Positions 1 through 11,827 of a stretch of DNA of 64,000 nucleotides are shown here, piece after piece (position 1 is the stretch's first letter; every line of letters starts with the position of its first letter). Source of the DNA: Mustelus asterias (lineage: Eukaryota); contig NC_135801.1 in NCBI RefSeq assembly GCF_964213995.1, forward strand, positions 150,226,001 through 150,290,000. The letters are read 5' to 3'. A program made the position numbers and the translations under genes. Below the pieces are notes generated by a model. The model searched no databases. It was not told the DNA's origin and worked only from the letters and a program-made list of their open reading frames with translations.

Positions 1-14
1 AAGGTGTTAACATT

Positions 15-215
15 GGTGTGGTAGTGGTTATGTCATGCGTTTAAGAATCCAATAGACCCAGATGAATGATCCAGTCGAGAATGAACTCCACTGTGGCAGA
101 TTGAGCAATTTAATTCAGTTTAAAAAACAAAAAGGGAAGCTTTTACTGTCCTCACCTGGTCTGGTCTATATATGACTGCAGCCCAACACCAAGGTGGTTA
201 CTCTGAAGTGACCTA
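15..215 (+). mobile_element. Degraded tRNA-head SINE, called family B here
   Basis: gtagtggttatgtca...tcctcacctggtctggtctatatatgactgcagcccaacaccaaggtggttactctg resembles the better-preserved copies at 31960-32222 and 62910-63615. Confidence 0.55.
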
Positions 216-310
216 GAAATGTGTTAGAAGAGAGATCATGAATTATTGATTTTGATGTGATAAACATTTTAAGGCAACTCACATGAAACTTATGCATCAT
301 GGTTAAAGTT

Positions 311-421
311 AGAACATAGAACATAGAACAGTACAGCACAGAACAGGCCCTTCGGCCCACGATGTTGTGCCGAGCTTTATCTGAAACCAAGATCAAGCTA
401 TCCCACTCCCTATCATCCTGG
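311..421 (-). mobile_element. CR1 LINE extreme 3' end (5'-truncated), subfamily C
   Basis: Reverse complement of the 3' UTR and (ttctatg)n tail of the copy at 8600-8910. Confidence 0.85.
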
Positions 422-979
422 TAAATTATAATCCACTGTTAACGTATCCATAATTTAAGTTATAATCCATTGTTAACGTTTTCATTTTTAATGCTAATTT
501 ATCAGCATTTTAGTTACATTGCTCAGTTTAAAGAACCATCATGAGCAGAGCAGACATTTTGATTACCCGCCCTGTGGAGAATGCACTTTGAAATACAAGG
601 AGTGATGATCAAGTATTAAATTCAAGGCTGTTGTGGCTCTAAATAAAATTCATTTTGCCAGAGAATTAGTCAGCAGGTACAAACCTATAAATCTCCAAAT
701 GTTACAGATTTTGTCATTGATATTTATCACTTTGTCAATTGACTTTCAACAGGTTTGTTTACTCATGTCTCACCATGTTCAGACTGATGTTACAATCCAG
801 TGGAATAAATCTCTAGCAAAAGCAGCCACACCTAGAATCGCAAAATCTTACAGCACAGAAAACGACCACTCAGCCCATACATTTTTCCAAATTTATCCCT
901 TTATATTTGCACTCAATGAATAGCCACATTGACAAGGTTCCAGAGAGTAACCAGTACTCATGCAACAGTACTTCAGATC

Positions 980-1270
980 ATAGAATCCCTACAGTGCAGA
1001 AGGAGGCCATTGGCCCATTGAGTCTGCACCAACCGCAATCACACCAATCCCCACATATTTACCTTGCTAGTTCCCCTGACATGAAGGGGCAATTTACCAT
1101 GGTCAGTCAACCTAACCAGCACATCTTTGGACTGTGGGAGGAAACTGGAGCACTCAGAGGAAACCCATCCAGAACACACAGGGAGAACGTGCAAACTCCA
1201 CACAGACAGTGACCCAAGCTGGGAATCGAACCCAGGTTCCTGGCACTGTGAGGCAGCAATGTTAACCACT
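980..1270 (-). mobile_element. HE1-type V-SINE
   Basis: tRNA-like B box (gggttcgattccc), V-domain gtgtggagtttgcacgttctccc and CR1-like tail (tggcctccttctgcactgtagggattct) on the minus strand. Confidence 0.9.
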
Positions 1271-1389
1271 TCAAGATTTTATGGGTTAGCACTGGAGGTC
1301 TTAGATCAGTTGGTAGGTGGAATTAGATTGTTAAAATTAATCCGATCATTCGAAGGGTGAAAACCGTTATAAAATCAATGAATGCTACA

Positions 1390-2462
1390 GGGTGGAATTT
1401 TATGAGATTGATTCCAAGTGTCCAGCTATTATGAAAATGGGAGAGGTCCTGATCCAGTTTTTGGGCAAGCTTTCACCCCCAATCTTATGCACTTAATATG
1501 GGCTAGACTGTTCCTAGCTGCTGCAAAAAGTGGGCTGGGCTTAATTCGCCAGCCAGCCTGCAGACCTCTGTCTGCACATGCGTAATAGCAACTGTAGAAG
1601 GAGCCATTGCACATGTGCAGACCTCTAATGCTGCACATGCAAAATTCCAACAGACACTGAGACCTGTTAGGCCCTTGCTGCTGCAAGCAGCCTCACACAC
1701 TTTCTCCACTCGCCCCCCCCCCTGCCCCCCCCCACACCACAATTGTGGGGGCCCATGGCTGATCACACCCCCCTAACCCTCAATCAGGCCACCCCTTCAA
1801 GCCCCATCCCCAGGCACTGCCTGCTGGGCAGAGCCAAGGTGCCAGACTGGCATTGCCCTCAGCCTCCCATTTCACCGACTAGGCCAACATCCCCCATTCA
1901 TGGGGAGCAGGTGTTTCCCTCGTAGCACAGTGGTTAGCACTGCTGCTTCACAGCTCCAGGGACCTGGGTTCGATTCCCGGCTTGGGTCACTGTCTGTGTG
2001 GAGTTTGCACATTCTCCTCGTGTCTGCGTGGGTTTCCTCCCACAGTCCAAAGATGTGCGGGTTAGGTTGATTGGCCATGCTAAAATTGCCCCTTACTGTC
2101 CTGGGATGCGTAGATTAGAGGGATTAGCGGGTAAATATGTAGGGATATGGGGGTAGCGCCTGGGTGGGATTGTGGTTGGTGCAGACTCGATGGGCTGAAT
2201 GGCCTCTTTCTGTACTGTAGGGTTTCTATTTTGCCAGAGAGAACCTCTCCTGGTGAAGCCATAAAAGACAAGTGAGTCCGGTGCTGGGCTTGCTAAACAG
2301 ATGTAAAAGATTTAAATGAATTTAAATAATTTATTCAGCCTCTCGCCCATTTCTAGTGAGAGGCTGACTTCACTGGAAATCTGCCTTGCGTAAAATCACG
2401 AGAGATTGAAAAACCGTGGGTGATCCCATTGTTGTGCGGGGTGAACCCGTAAAATTCCATCC
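1390..2462. mobile_element. Non-autonomous TIR element (PIF/Harbinger-like MITE) with a nested HE1 SINE
   Basis: Terminal inverted repeats gggtggaattttatg ... cgtaaaattccatcc, flanked by a 3-bp direct repeat aca/aca (1387-1389, 2463-2465). Confidence 0.65.
1921..2228 (+). mobile_element. HE1-type V-SINE
   Basis: gtagcacagtggttagcactgctgcttcacagctccagggacctgggttcgattcccgg head, V-domain and CR1-type tail; near-identical to 33471-33805. Confidence 0.92.
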
Positions 2463-2994
2463 ACATTCCCCTGTTGTTAATGGAGCAGAAACATGAAGCA
2501 CCAAAATCTCAAGATAAGCAGTGGTTAGTGAGTGACAGTTACAAGTGTGCTTCTTTTGTTTTTAAAGAGAATACACTGACAAATGCTACTTTTAAAAACT
2601 AATTTCTTCAAAAAAAACCTGAGGGATGCAGTGTTGTCTTATATAAAGCTTTAATGATAACCGTTTTGCAATAAGGAGGATGTTCATTTGTGTGATTATA
2701 ATAACTGGCATTTTCACTCGTTTCAATTAATGGAAATAAAAGTTCAAGATGCAGAATGTTGAAGTGTCAAATGGTTGGTCCAATGTAGATTCCAACCAAA
2801 GCCCCCAACATCAGCATCCAGCTCATTTGGTTCACCCGTATGATATTCCAATACACTTGGAATAGCAAAGTTATGACAATATCACAGCTGTAATACTGAA
2901 GACAATGGCACACAAGCTAGTTACGTTCCATTATCCTTATGACACAGACATATTCAAGTCTGTTGTGACTGTTTTGATTGGTCAGTTAAGGGTT

Positions 2995-3360
2995 TTATTT
3001 CTATTTGTTGGATGTGAGCATTGCAGTCTGGGCCAGCATCTATTGTCCATCCCTAATTATCCTTTAACTGAATGGCCTGCTAGGCCATTTAAGAGACAAC
3101 CACATTCCTGTGCATCTGGAATCACATGTAGGCCAGACCAGGCAATGACGGCAGATTTCCTTCCCTAAAAAGGGAATGCAAACTAGATGAGTTTTTAAAT
3201 GACAATTGATAATGGTTTCATGGTCAGTAGATTAATTCCAGAATTTTATTGGGTTCAAATTTCACCCCTTTGTCATGGTGGGATTTGAACTCAAGTTCCA
3301 GAGCTTTAGCCCGATTCCCTGGATTATTAGTCCAGTGACAGTGCCACTACCTCCCTCTAT
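2995..3360 (-). mobile_element. tRNA-head SINE family B
   Basis: Same blocks as 25490-25790 and 36865-37235 (tctggaatcacatgtaggccagaccagg, ggcagatttccttccctaaa, ggtgggatttgaac). Confidence 0.75.
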
Positions 3361-3522
3361 CTCCTATATCTCAGGGTGAGTTTACTTGGTCGGCAATGCC
3401 TATGTGGTGGTGGTAGCAGTGGACCAAAGTTACCCTGGCTGGAGAGGTTGCTACTGTTGTGAGGTTAGCATTTTTTAAAAATGCTAAAAGCAGAAGGCAT
3501 TACATTGTCCCTTTAAAAGGTA

Positions 3523-4565
3523 TGTTTTTTCTGTTAAAAAATGCAAGTACATTAGGAGCCCAAAATGAAACATTTGTATTGGAGGGACAGGCAGCAGTGT
3601 TGCCAGGACAACAAAAAAGCTTTTGAATTTTTTTTTTGAGTTCAGCCAATTTGTATCAGAACAGTCTTTTGAAATTAGCCAGTTTAAATCAGGCACTTGG
3701 ATACCAGCAACCTATCAGATTTAAATTTGACAGTTTTGGCAACCTGAGACCAACCCTATTGTGGGGGATATTGATAATGTCACCACAGGTATAAAAGGCG
3801 GCAGCAGTGGGACAATAAGCAGAGAGAGCAACTGCCATCTGACAGAGTAACAGCCTCATTCATGTCTTAGAGAAAGCTCCATCTTGATAGCGTAGGTACC
3901 AAAGGTAGAAGAATCAGAGAAAGCCCAGAATATTCCAGAAGACACTAAACCTGGTTGTAATTCAGAGTGACTACAATTCTATTGTGGGAGTTGTATTTAT
4001 CTAAACAGCATTCCATTAGAATAGTGTTTATTCTGTTTGTTAATATTTAGTTAACTTGTTCACTGTTAGATAAATAAATTACTTGTTAGCTTTAAACAGA
4101 GTATCAGGGAGGCATGGTGCGGGCAGCACAGTAGCACAGTGGTTAGCACTACTGCCTCTCAGCTCCAGGGACCCAGGTTCGATTCCCGGCTTGGGTCACT
4201 GTCTATGTGCAGTTTGCACGTTCTCCCCGTGTCTGCGTGGGTTTCCTCCGGGTGCTCCGGTTTCCTCCCACATTCTGAAAGATGTGCTGGTTAGGTGCAT
4301 TGACCCGAACAGGTGCCAGAGTGTGGCGACTAGGGGAATTTCATAGTGACTTCATTGTGAGCCTTACTTGTGACTAATAAATAAACTTTAAAAAAGGGAG
4401 TTATTTTGATTTAACTACTTAAGTTGAAGAAGTGTGGATTGTACCACTTCACACTCACTTTAACAGATTATGAGGAGAGGTACTCCTCTTTGGGAGGGCT
4501 AGGGTGAAATTGTGTGGCACAGAAAGTGTGGGTAGATGATGGAATTGGTTAAATGTGGCATAACA
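3523..4565 (+). mobile_element. Possible solo LTR interrupted by a SINE
   Basis: TGTT...AACA ends with a 4-bp flanking repeat ggta/ggta; internal tataaaag (about 3790) and aataaa (about 4073); no coding sequence. Confidence 0.35.
4120..4390 (+). mobile_element. V-SINE with HE1 head and an alternative 3' tail
   Basis: HE1 head and V-domain followed by ggtgcattgacccgaacagg...ccttacttgtgactaataaataaacttt instead of the CR1-type tail. Confidence 0.85.
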
Positions 4566-5129
4566 GGTACAATAATTTATTGAAAAACAATTTTGTGTTA
4601 AAAATTATTATTCGCTAGGTCTGAATGAAAAACTTAGAAGAGCTGTCAAGTGAATTATAGGAATACATCAGCATTGATTCTTTATGAACAAAGGAGATGA
4701 TCACAGTCTATATCCTTAACTTCCAATGGGCATGCCACACCATAATCTGTTAAAAAACTGGAATCCTAAATGAGGACTTTGTCATGAAACAGGATTGACA
4801 GCTCAGAAACTGTTTCTTCACTGATACTTGAAAGTTATAGCAGACAGATTGAGGATACACATTGATTGATGTTGCACCCATCAGATGTAAACCTGCCTTT
4901 CAAATCCAGAAATAACAATTTCCAATTAGATTTTCACTTCTATAAAGTGACAAGGTTAGAGTCAGGCCTGTTTTCACACGTGGACACTCTATGTAGCTTT
5001 TTCCGGAATGAGAAGTTTTGATTCGGTTAAAGTTGGGTGAAGGAATACCTGGAAATCTTTGTATTTGAAGAAGTACTGATGCAAAAGGATACTAATTCAA
5101 CTGCAAATGTTTAACGACTCTCAGCTAGT

Positions 5130-5760
5130 ATCAAATAACATAGAAGATTAGCCATATATCTCCCATTGATAATGAAAGGGATAAATCTATCCTAGCCAAT
5201 TGCCACCCTATCAAATCCTCCAAAAATCAAGAAGAAACAGAAGGAGTCATCAATAACACTAGCAAGTTACACCCGCCCACTAAATAACCTGCTCATCAAC
5301 ACTCAGTTCAATTTTCACCAGAATCATTCAACTCTGGACTCCACAGTATCCTGATCCAGATATGAACACAAGAACTGGCTGTTAGAAGAACTAGAATAGC
5401 TGCCCTCCACATCAACTCAATTTGACATCAAGGAACCCTTGTAAAACAGGCATTGGTGGGAGCTGAGAGAGAGAGAAAACTCCAAGAGGCAGGAGTCATT
5501 CTTGACGCAAAGGAAAGTTGGTGTAGCTGTTGGAGACCAATCAAAAGAACTCTAAGACATCACTGCCAATTTCCTCGAATAAACATCTTCGACTTCATCA
5601 TCTTTCTTCCATCAAGAGATGAGGAGTAGGACTTACGATTTAGTGTTGGGCTCCACTTACAACCTTCTTGTGATAAAGCAGTCCTTGCAGGACTTAGATG
5701 TCACCTTGACTTGAACTGACAAGAAGCAGCTAATAATTGCACCATGCAAGTGTCAAATAA
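5130..5760 (+). mobile_element. Old LINE RT-region fragment (family distinct from the young CR1s)
   Basis: Degenerate DNA for NYRPI-like and ALDI-like RT blocks; probably the same family as 36075-36745. Confidence 0.45.
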
Positions 5761-5777
5761 TAACATGGGGCACTCTA

Positions 5778-7530
5778 GAACAAGAACAGTACAGCACAGT
5801 AACAGGCCTTTTGGCCCATCAAGCCTGCATCGATCACTTTGTCCTATCTAGACCAACCGCCTGTATCCCTCTATTCCCTGCCGGCTCATGTGTCTATCCA
5901 GATAAGTCTTAAATGTTGCTAACATGTCTGCCTCAATCACATCACTTGGTAGTGAATTCCGAGCCCCCACCACCTTCTGTGTAAGACACTTCCCCGCACA
6001 TCTCCACTGAATCTTCCCCCCACCCCCCCATTATCTTGAACTTGTGCCCCCTTGTAATTGCCATTTCTGCCTTGGGAAAAGCTTCAAGCTGTTCACCCGA
6101 TCAATACCTCATAATTTTATAAACTTTTATCAGGTCGGCCCTCAGCCTCAGTCTTTCCAGGGAGAACAATCCCAGTTTATTCAATCTCTCCTCATAGTTA
6201 ATATCCTCCATACCAGGCAACATCCTGGTGAACCTTTTCTATACCAGAAGGATGTGGAGGCTTTGGAGGGAGTAGTGTGGCAACCAGGGTTGGACACAGT
6301 ATTCCAAATGTGGCCTAACCAACATTTTATAACATAAAATATGTAATAATTTGCCAACTTTTATACTTGATGCTCCATATGATGGCAAGCATACCATATG
6401 ATGTCTTCACCATCTTTTCCATCTGTGGTGGATCGGTGGAACTGTCCTCCCAGATATCTGTGTGCCTATGCTCCTGCCATTTATTTTATAGCTCCCAACT
6501 GAATTTGATCTACCAAAATGTATCACCTCGCATTTGTCCAGATTAAATTCCATCTGCCATTTCTCCACCCAGTTTTCCAGCCTATCGAGATTCTGACAAT
6601 CTTCATCACTATCTGCAACTCCAGCAATCTTAGTATCATTTGCAAATTATCAGACCAGTATGATTTCTTCCAAGTCATTTATATATATTATAAACCGAGG
6701 TCCCAGCACTGATTCCTACGAAGCACCACTAGTTACAGACCTCATTCAGAAAAACACCCTTCCACTGCTACCCTCTGTCTTCCATGGCCAAACAAGTAAG
6801 AAGTCTCACAACACCAGGTTAAAGTCCAACAGGTTTACTTGGTAGCACAAGCCACTAGCTTTTGGAGCGCTGCACCCTGATCAGGTGAGACCATGGCCAA
6901 GCCAGTTCAGAATCTAGCTAGTTCACCCTTGATATTTAACCTTTTGCACCAGCTTGCCATGAGACACCTTGGTAAATGCTTTACTAAAGCCCATGTAGAC
7001 AACATTCATGGCCCTTCCCTGGTCAATCATTTTTGTCACCTCAAAACATGACCTCCTTTGTACAAAACCATGTTGTCTGTTGCTAATAAGACCAGTCCCA
7101 AATGTGTATAGATCCTATCCCTAAGAATCTTCTCCAACAGTTTCACTATCATTGACATCAAGCTGAGTGGCCTATAATTACCCAGTAAATAACGAGACAA
7201 CATTGGCTATCCTCCAATCCTCTGGGACCTCACCTGTGGCCAATGAGGAAACAAAAGATCACTGTTAGAGGCCCAGCAATTTCCTGTCTCCCTCAGTAAT
7301 CTGGGATAGAGGCCATCAAGCCCCAGGGATTTGCCAACCTTAATGCTTTTTAATACACCTAACACTTCCTCCCTCGTAATGGTGTCTTGCTCCAGAGGGT
7401 TTACATACCCTTCCGAGACACCATCAATCAATCGTGTCCCTCTCCTTTGTGAATATTGATGCAAAGTACTCATTAAAGATCTCACGCACGTCCTTTGGTT
7501 CTATGCATAATTTCCCTCCTTTGTCCTTTT
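5778..7530 (-). mobile_element. Degraded CR1 ORF2 and 3' UTR
   Basis: CR1 tail at 5778-5830; minus ORF 7207-7485 encodes ITREEVLGVLKSIKVGKSLGLDGLYPRLLRE, homologous to ORF2 at 45.3 kb. Confidence 0.85.
6792..6890 (-). mobile_element. Short Penelope-type terminal-repeat insertion with a degenerate hammerhead core
   Basis: Minus strand cacCTGATCAgggtgcagcgctccAAAAgctagtg...aaacctgttggactttaacctggtgttgtgag; perfect 10-bp flanking repeat ccatggccaa (6782-6791, 6891-6900). Confidence 0.65.
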
Positions 7531-8299
7531 TTGCAACCCAGCAGCGATTTGCTAATCAGCCCCAGCTCTCAAAATGAATTGGTTCTGTTGAAGACTACTA
7601 AATGGCCAATTGGATTGCTTCACCTGCTCAGGAGGAAGAGCTATCACACTGACATTAAAAAATTATAAGTGTATTTCATTCAAGATGGATAAACTGATTT
7701 GATTACTTCAGTTTGATTGATGAGGTCTAAATTCTAATTGCCTTGACACAGTCAATTGATCTTGCCCAACTTCACGGACAATTTGTTAAATTTTTTTTTA
7801 ACATATTAACATTTCCTCCCTTTAGACTTCATTGTACGTTTAGGTAATTTTGTCACCCAACATTTGTTATCTTAATGAGTTCAGTGCTCTTGGTAGATAA
7901 ACACGAACACATCAATGAAGGTACAGCCTTAATATTCCCAAAATTGAAAATCACAGCAACCAACATGATGTTGCAATTAAACAACTGCTGAACAAACATC
8001 CAAGGATAGCTACAGAAAGTCACATCATGCATGGAGTCTTTATCATCTCATAAAAGACGAGCTGTTACCATTAGAATTCATCCGTCTTCCTATTCACATG
8101 ACCTTTCGTTACCCTTTTTGTAATTCTCCTGCGTTTCCCATATCACTGGAGCTGACAGCAGCTGCAGACTGCATGAAAGCACTCTGGGTAATTTGACCAT
8201 CTCTAAACTGTCCCCTTGAAGAGCCTCAAATAACCAATGTATGTATGCATTTTTGTTTGAAAAGACTTGCTGTTAAAGGGACTTTGTTGACTGGCTTAC

Positions 8300-8320
8300 C
8301 ATGCGATATGATTTGTCAGG
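8300..8320 (-). other. Candidate 21-nt microexon of an unidentified host gene
   Basis: Minus strand gattgacgTGCtttggtgttttcAG|cctgacaaatcatatcgcatg|GTAAGc: branch-like ttgac, UGC at -17 to -15, strong donor, length a multiple of 3. Confidence 0.55.
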
Positions 8321-8599
8321 CTGAAAACACCAAAGCACGTCAATCCGGTGAAAACATACATCTCAAAAATTAGAATTGTGGATGTGAAACATCTGCTGCA
8401 GCAGAAGATTTCACGAAGTATGACAGCGTTACAGTGGATGTTTCTCGAAGATGCTTATGAAAATAATGGGTTGGATTTTCATTCCCGAGTTTTGAAAGTG
8501 CAGGTCAGGAATGCCCATATATCAGGCACACATTCCAGAGGCCGATTGTCAAGGAAGCCATCAAGTAAGTGTTTGGTTCTGGGAGCCCCATCCAACTGA

Positions 8600-8910
8600 A
8601 GAGTGAGACTATTTCCTCGGGTGGATGGAGCTATTACAAGGGGGCATAACTATAGGGTTCATGGTGGGAGATATAGGAAGGATATCAGAGGTAGGTTCTT
8701 TACGCAGAGAGTGGTTGGGGTGTGGAATGGACTGCCTGCAGTGATAGTGGAGTCAGACACTTTAGGAACATTTAAGCGGTTATTGGATAGGCACATGGAG
8801 CACACCAGGATGATAGGGAGTGGGATAGCTTGATCTGGATTTCAGATAAAGCTCGGCACTACATCGTGGGCTGAAGGGCCTGTTCTGTGCTGTACTGTTC
8901 TATGTTCTAC
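8600..8910 (+). mobile_element. CR1 3' fragment, subfamily C
   Basis: ORF LFPRVDGAITRGHNYRVHGGRYRKDIRGRFFTQRVVGVWNGLP (CR1 ORF2 C-terminus) and (ttctatg)n tail. Confidence 0.92.
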
Positions 8911-9900
8911 GAGAGTCTATCGGATCAGCAGCTTCACTGTCAGAGGTGGGAGCTGACAATGTAGGAGAATGAGGGCACCTCAAGATGAAGGTGCCCACTG
9001 AAGAATTAAAGATAGTCTCAAAGTAAAGAGTGGCCACCATTTGGTGGCCTGTAGCCACAGCAGATCTAGATCTGCTGAGTTTTACCAGCTGCTCCTCTGT
9101 TTTTATACAAGATTTCCAGCATCTGCGGTATTTTATTTTTATATTTAGTTTGATTCACTGGGCAGGAAAATAAAGTTTGCAATATGTGGGATTACAACAC
9201 GTGTTCTTATTGGTCCTAATGCATGCAGTAAGTTTGTGTTCTCTATCCTTGACTACTTAAAACAGAAACCAACAAAACCTGCTGTCTACAGTACCACCTC
9301 AAATTATGTCATCTAGTATCAGAAGTGAAAGTTTTCCATTCAAAGCTCTTTTCTGAACTTAGTCAATGGCCTAAAGAGTTTATTCACAACACATTTTAGC
9401 TGTGTAGTACAAATCAGTGAGGTGCAAAGTTTTGATCCCAGCCATCTGTTGGATTAACTGAGATCAGCCAAGTGGCAAGAGGTGCATCACAATTGATTCC
9501 TGCACCTTGGGTTAGACTGGGGTAGAGAGAGATGGTTAAAGGGCAGTCATGGCACCTAACAGGCACATTTCTTGCTGTTGATCACTGTCAAGAAATCAGT
9601 TAGAAGTGTTGATGTATGGGTACTGGCATGAAAACAGGATCAAACTCAGCTGTTGAGCTATAGTTAGGTATCATGCTGAAGGCTCAATCAATAGTGGTTA
9701 CTTGAGCAACATAATGAGAGATAATTGGTGCTCACTGAATTTATCTTCACAAGCAATACCATATTGAGGAGTACAAAGTGTGGAAAGTGAGTCGAGAGAA
9801 AGCATCAGGCTGGGGAAGACAGCAAGAGCCAAATATAAAAGGAGAGGAAAGCAATCAAAACAATCTTCCAATACACTGAAGTCAATGCTTGAAGAACAAA

Positions 9901-10708
9901 CTGATAAATGCGAAGTGATGCATTTTGATAGAACTAACGTAGGGGGGAGCTATACGATAAATGGCAGAACCATAAAGGGTGTAGATACGCAGAGGGACCT
10001 GGGTGTGCAAGTCCACAGATCCTTGAAGGTGACGTCACAGGTGGAGAAGGTGGTGAATAAGGCATATGGCATGCTTGCCTTTATAGACAGGGCATAGAGT
10101 ATAAAAGTTGGGGTCTGATGTTGCAGTTGTATAGAACGTTGGTTCGGCCGCATTTGGAATATTACGCCCAGTTCTGGTCGCCACACTACCAGAAGGACGT
10201 GGAGGCTTTAGAGAGAGTGCAGAGGAGGTTTACCAGGATGTTGCCTGGTATGGAAGGGCTTAGTTATGAGGAGAGATTGGGTAAACTGGGGTTGTTCTCA
10301 CTGGAAAGACGGAGGATGAGGGGTGACCTAATAGAGGTGTATAAAATTATGAAAGGCATAGATAGGGTGAACGGTGGGAAGCTTTTTCCCAGGTCAGTGG
10401 TGATGTTCACGAGGGGTCATAGGTTCAAGGTGAGAGGGGCGGGGGGGCGGGGGGGGGGGGGGGGGGTGGCGAGGTTGAATATGGATATCAGAAGGACGTA
10501 TTTTACCGCAGAGGGTGGTGGGGGCCTGGAATGCGCTGCCGGGCAAGGTGGTGGAGGCGGACACACTGGGAACGTTTAAGACTTATCTAGATGGCCACAT
10601 GAACGGAGTGGGAATGGAGGGATACAAAAGAATGGTCTAGTTTGGGACCAGGGAGCGGCATGGGCTTGGAGGGCCGAAGGGCCTGTTCCTGTGCTGTATT
10701 GTTCTTTG
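9901..10708 (+). mobile_element. Young 5'-truncated CR1, subfamily B
   Basis: DKCEVMHF...LYRTLVRPHLEY...ERRRMRGDLIEVYK; highly similar to 28277-29320; premature stop at 10095-10097; G-run expansion at about 10435-10467. Confidence 0.95.
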
Positions 10709-11827
10709 AGCATTGGTGGATCTAGGAAACATTGATTTGTTAACTTTCAAATTATATCCCTGTCCCATTCTGGAGGAAGGTGAATAGAGACAATTTAAAG
10801 TTAAACCTTACCCACTCCCATTCACCATAAATGCCAACCAACCATGCCATTTGGTTTGTGTGACTGGTCTTCATTGGCTTTCTTCTGCCAATTATTCATC
10901 ATTAGTTCTGGGGCTCTGAATTCTATCTACTGGGTCATGCAAGTTTTTCCACAATATTATCATGACACCTGCATAAACTGTGTTCATTACAGGGAAACTA
11001 ACTTGAAGACGTTATTGAGCTAGGCAATGGACCACAACTCTGCACCACCCTCTTTACTGTATCTGAAATTAAACCCACCACTAGGAATGAATCTGCATTC
11101 ATCAGCAATTGTATTCATTCATCATCCTTAAACTGCCATGTCATTTCAGCAGTATGTGTGTTTTAATCAGTCTCGTCATGCTATTAGATGTAGTGATGGC
11201 TCTAAGGCACATCATTCAGTAATATTAATGCTGACTGCTGAACAATTAAAGCCATTCAAGAGAGACAGAAAACTAATTATTACGCTGTTGGCAAGGTATC
11301 ATTCACTTCAAGATTTTATTTAAGGTGTTAAATAGCTTTAACCTATTTAATTTTTAAAAATCTTTTTATACTGAAACTTATAAAGTCAAGAAATAATAAT
11401 CTATTATCATGGCTACTTATGCTTAATGATCAGAGCTGTTTAATCAATGTTTAGATATGAAGAATTTAAAAATGCTGTTCAGAGAATTCAATGCACCAAA
11501 GATAATCTTACTCAAAGAATGTACTACAATTTTAGTATGATAAATTCAGCTTGAAAAGTTGTGTAATACTGTATTAGATCAGAGGTACACCTGGATCTAT
11601 AATTTGTTATGGGAAAAATGTCTCAAATACCTCCATCCATTCAAGAACACTTCCTTCAGTTCTTCTGAAAGAAGGGAATGCAGAAAGAATAACCCACTCT
11701 CAATGCATTTCATGTTAGATCTTTCATGAGATCAATCCTTTAACTGAGGATTTACCTCTGCAGCAACAACCCAGAAGTAACTGAATAGCTCCCCAAAAAT
11801 TAGGCTAATTGGATATTTCATGTATTT

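Noticed and set aside
907-1360. Cluster of overlapping short ORFs recurring through the window (LGSLSVWSLH..., GHCLCGVCTFS...)
   Set aside because: Translations of HE1 SINE sequence, not genes.
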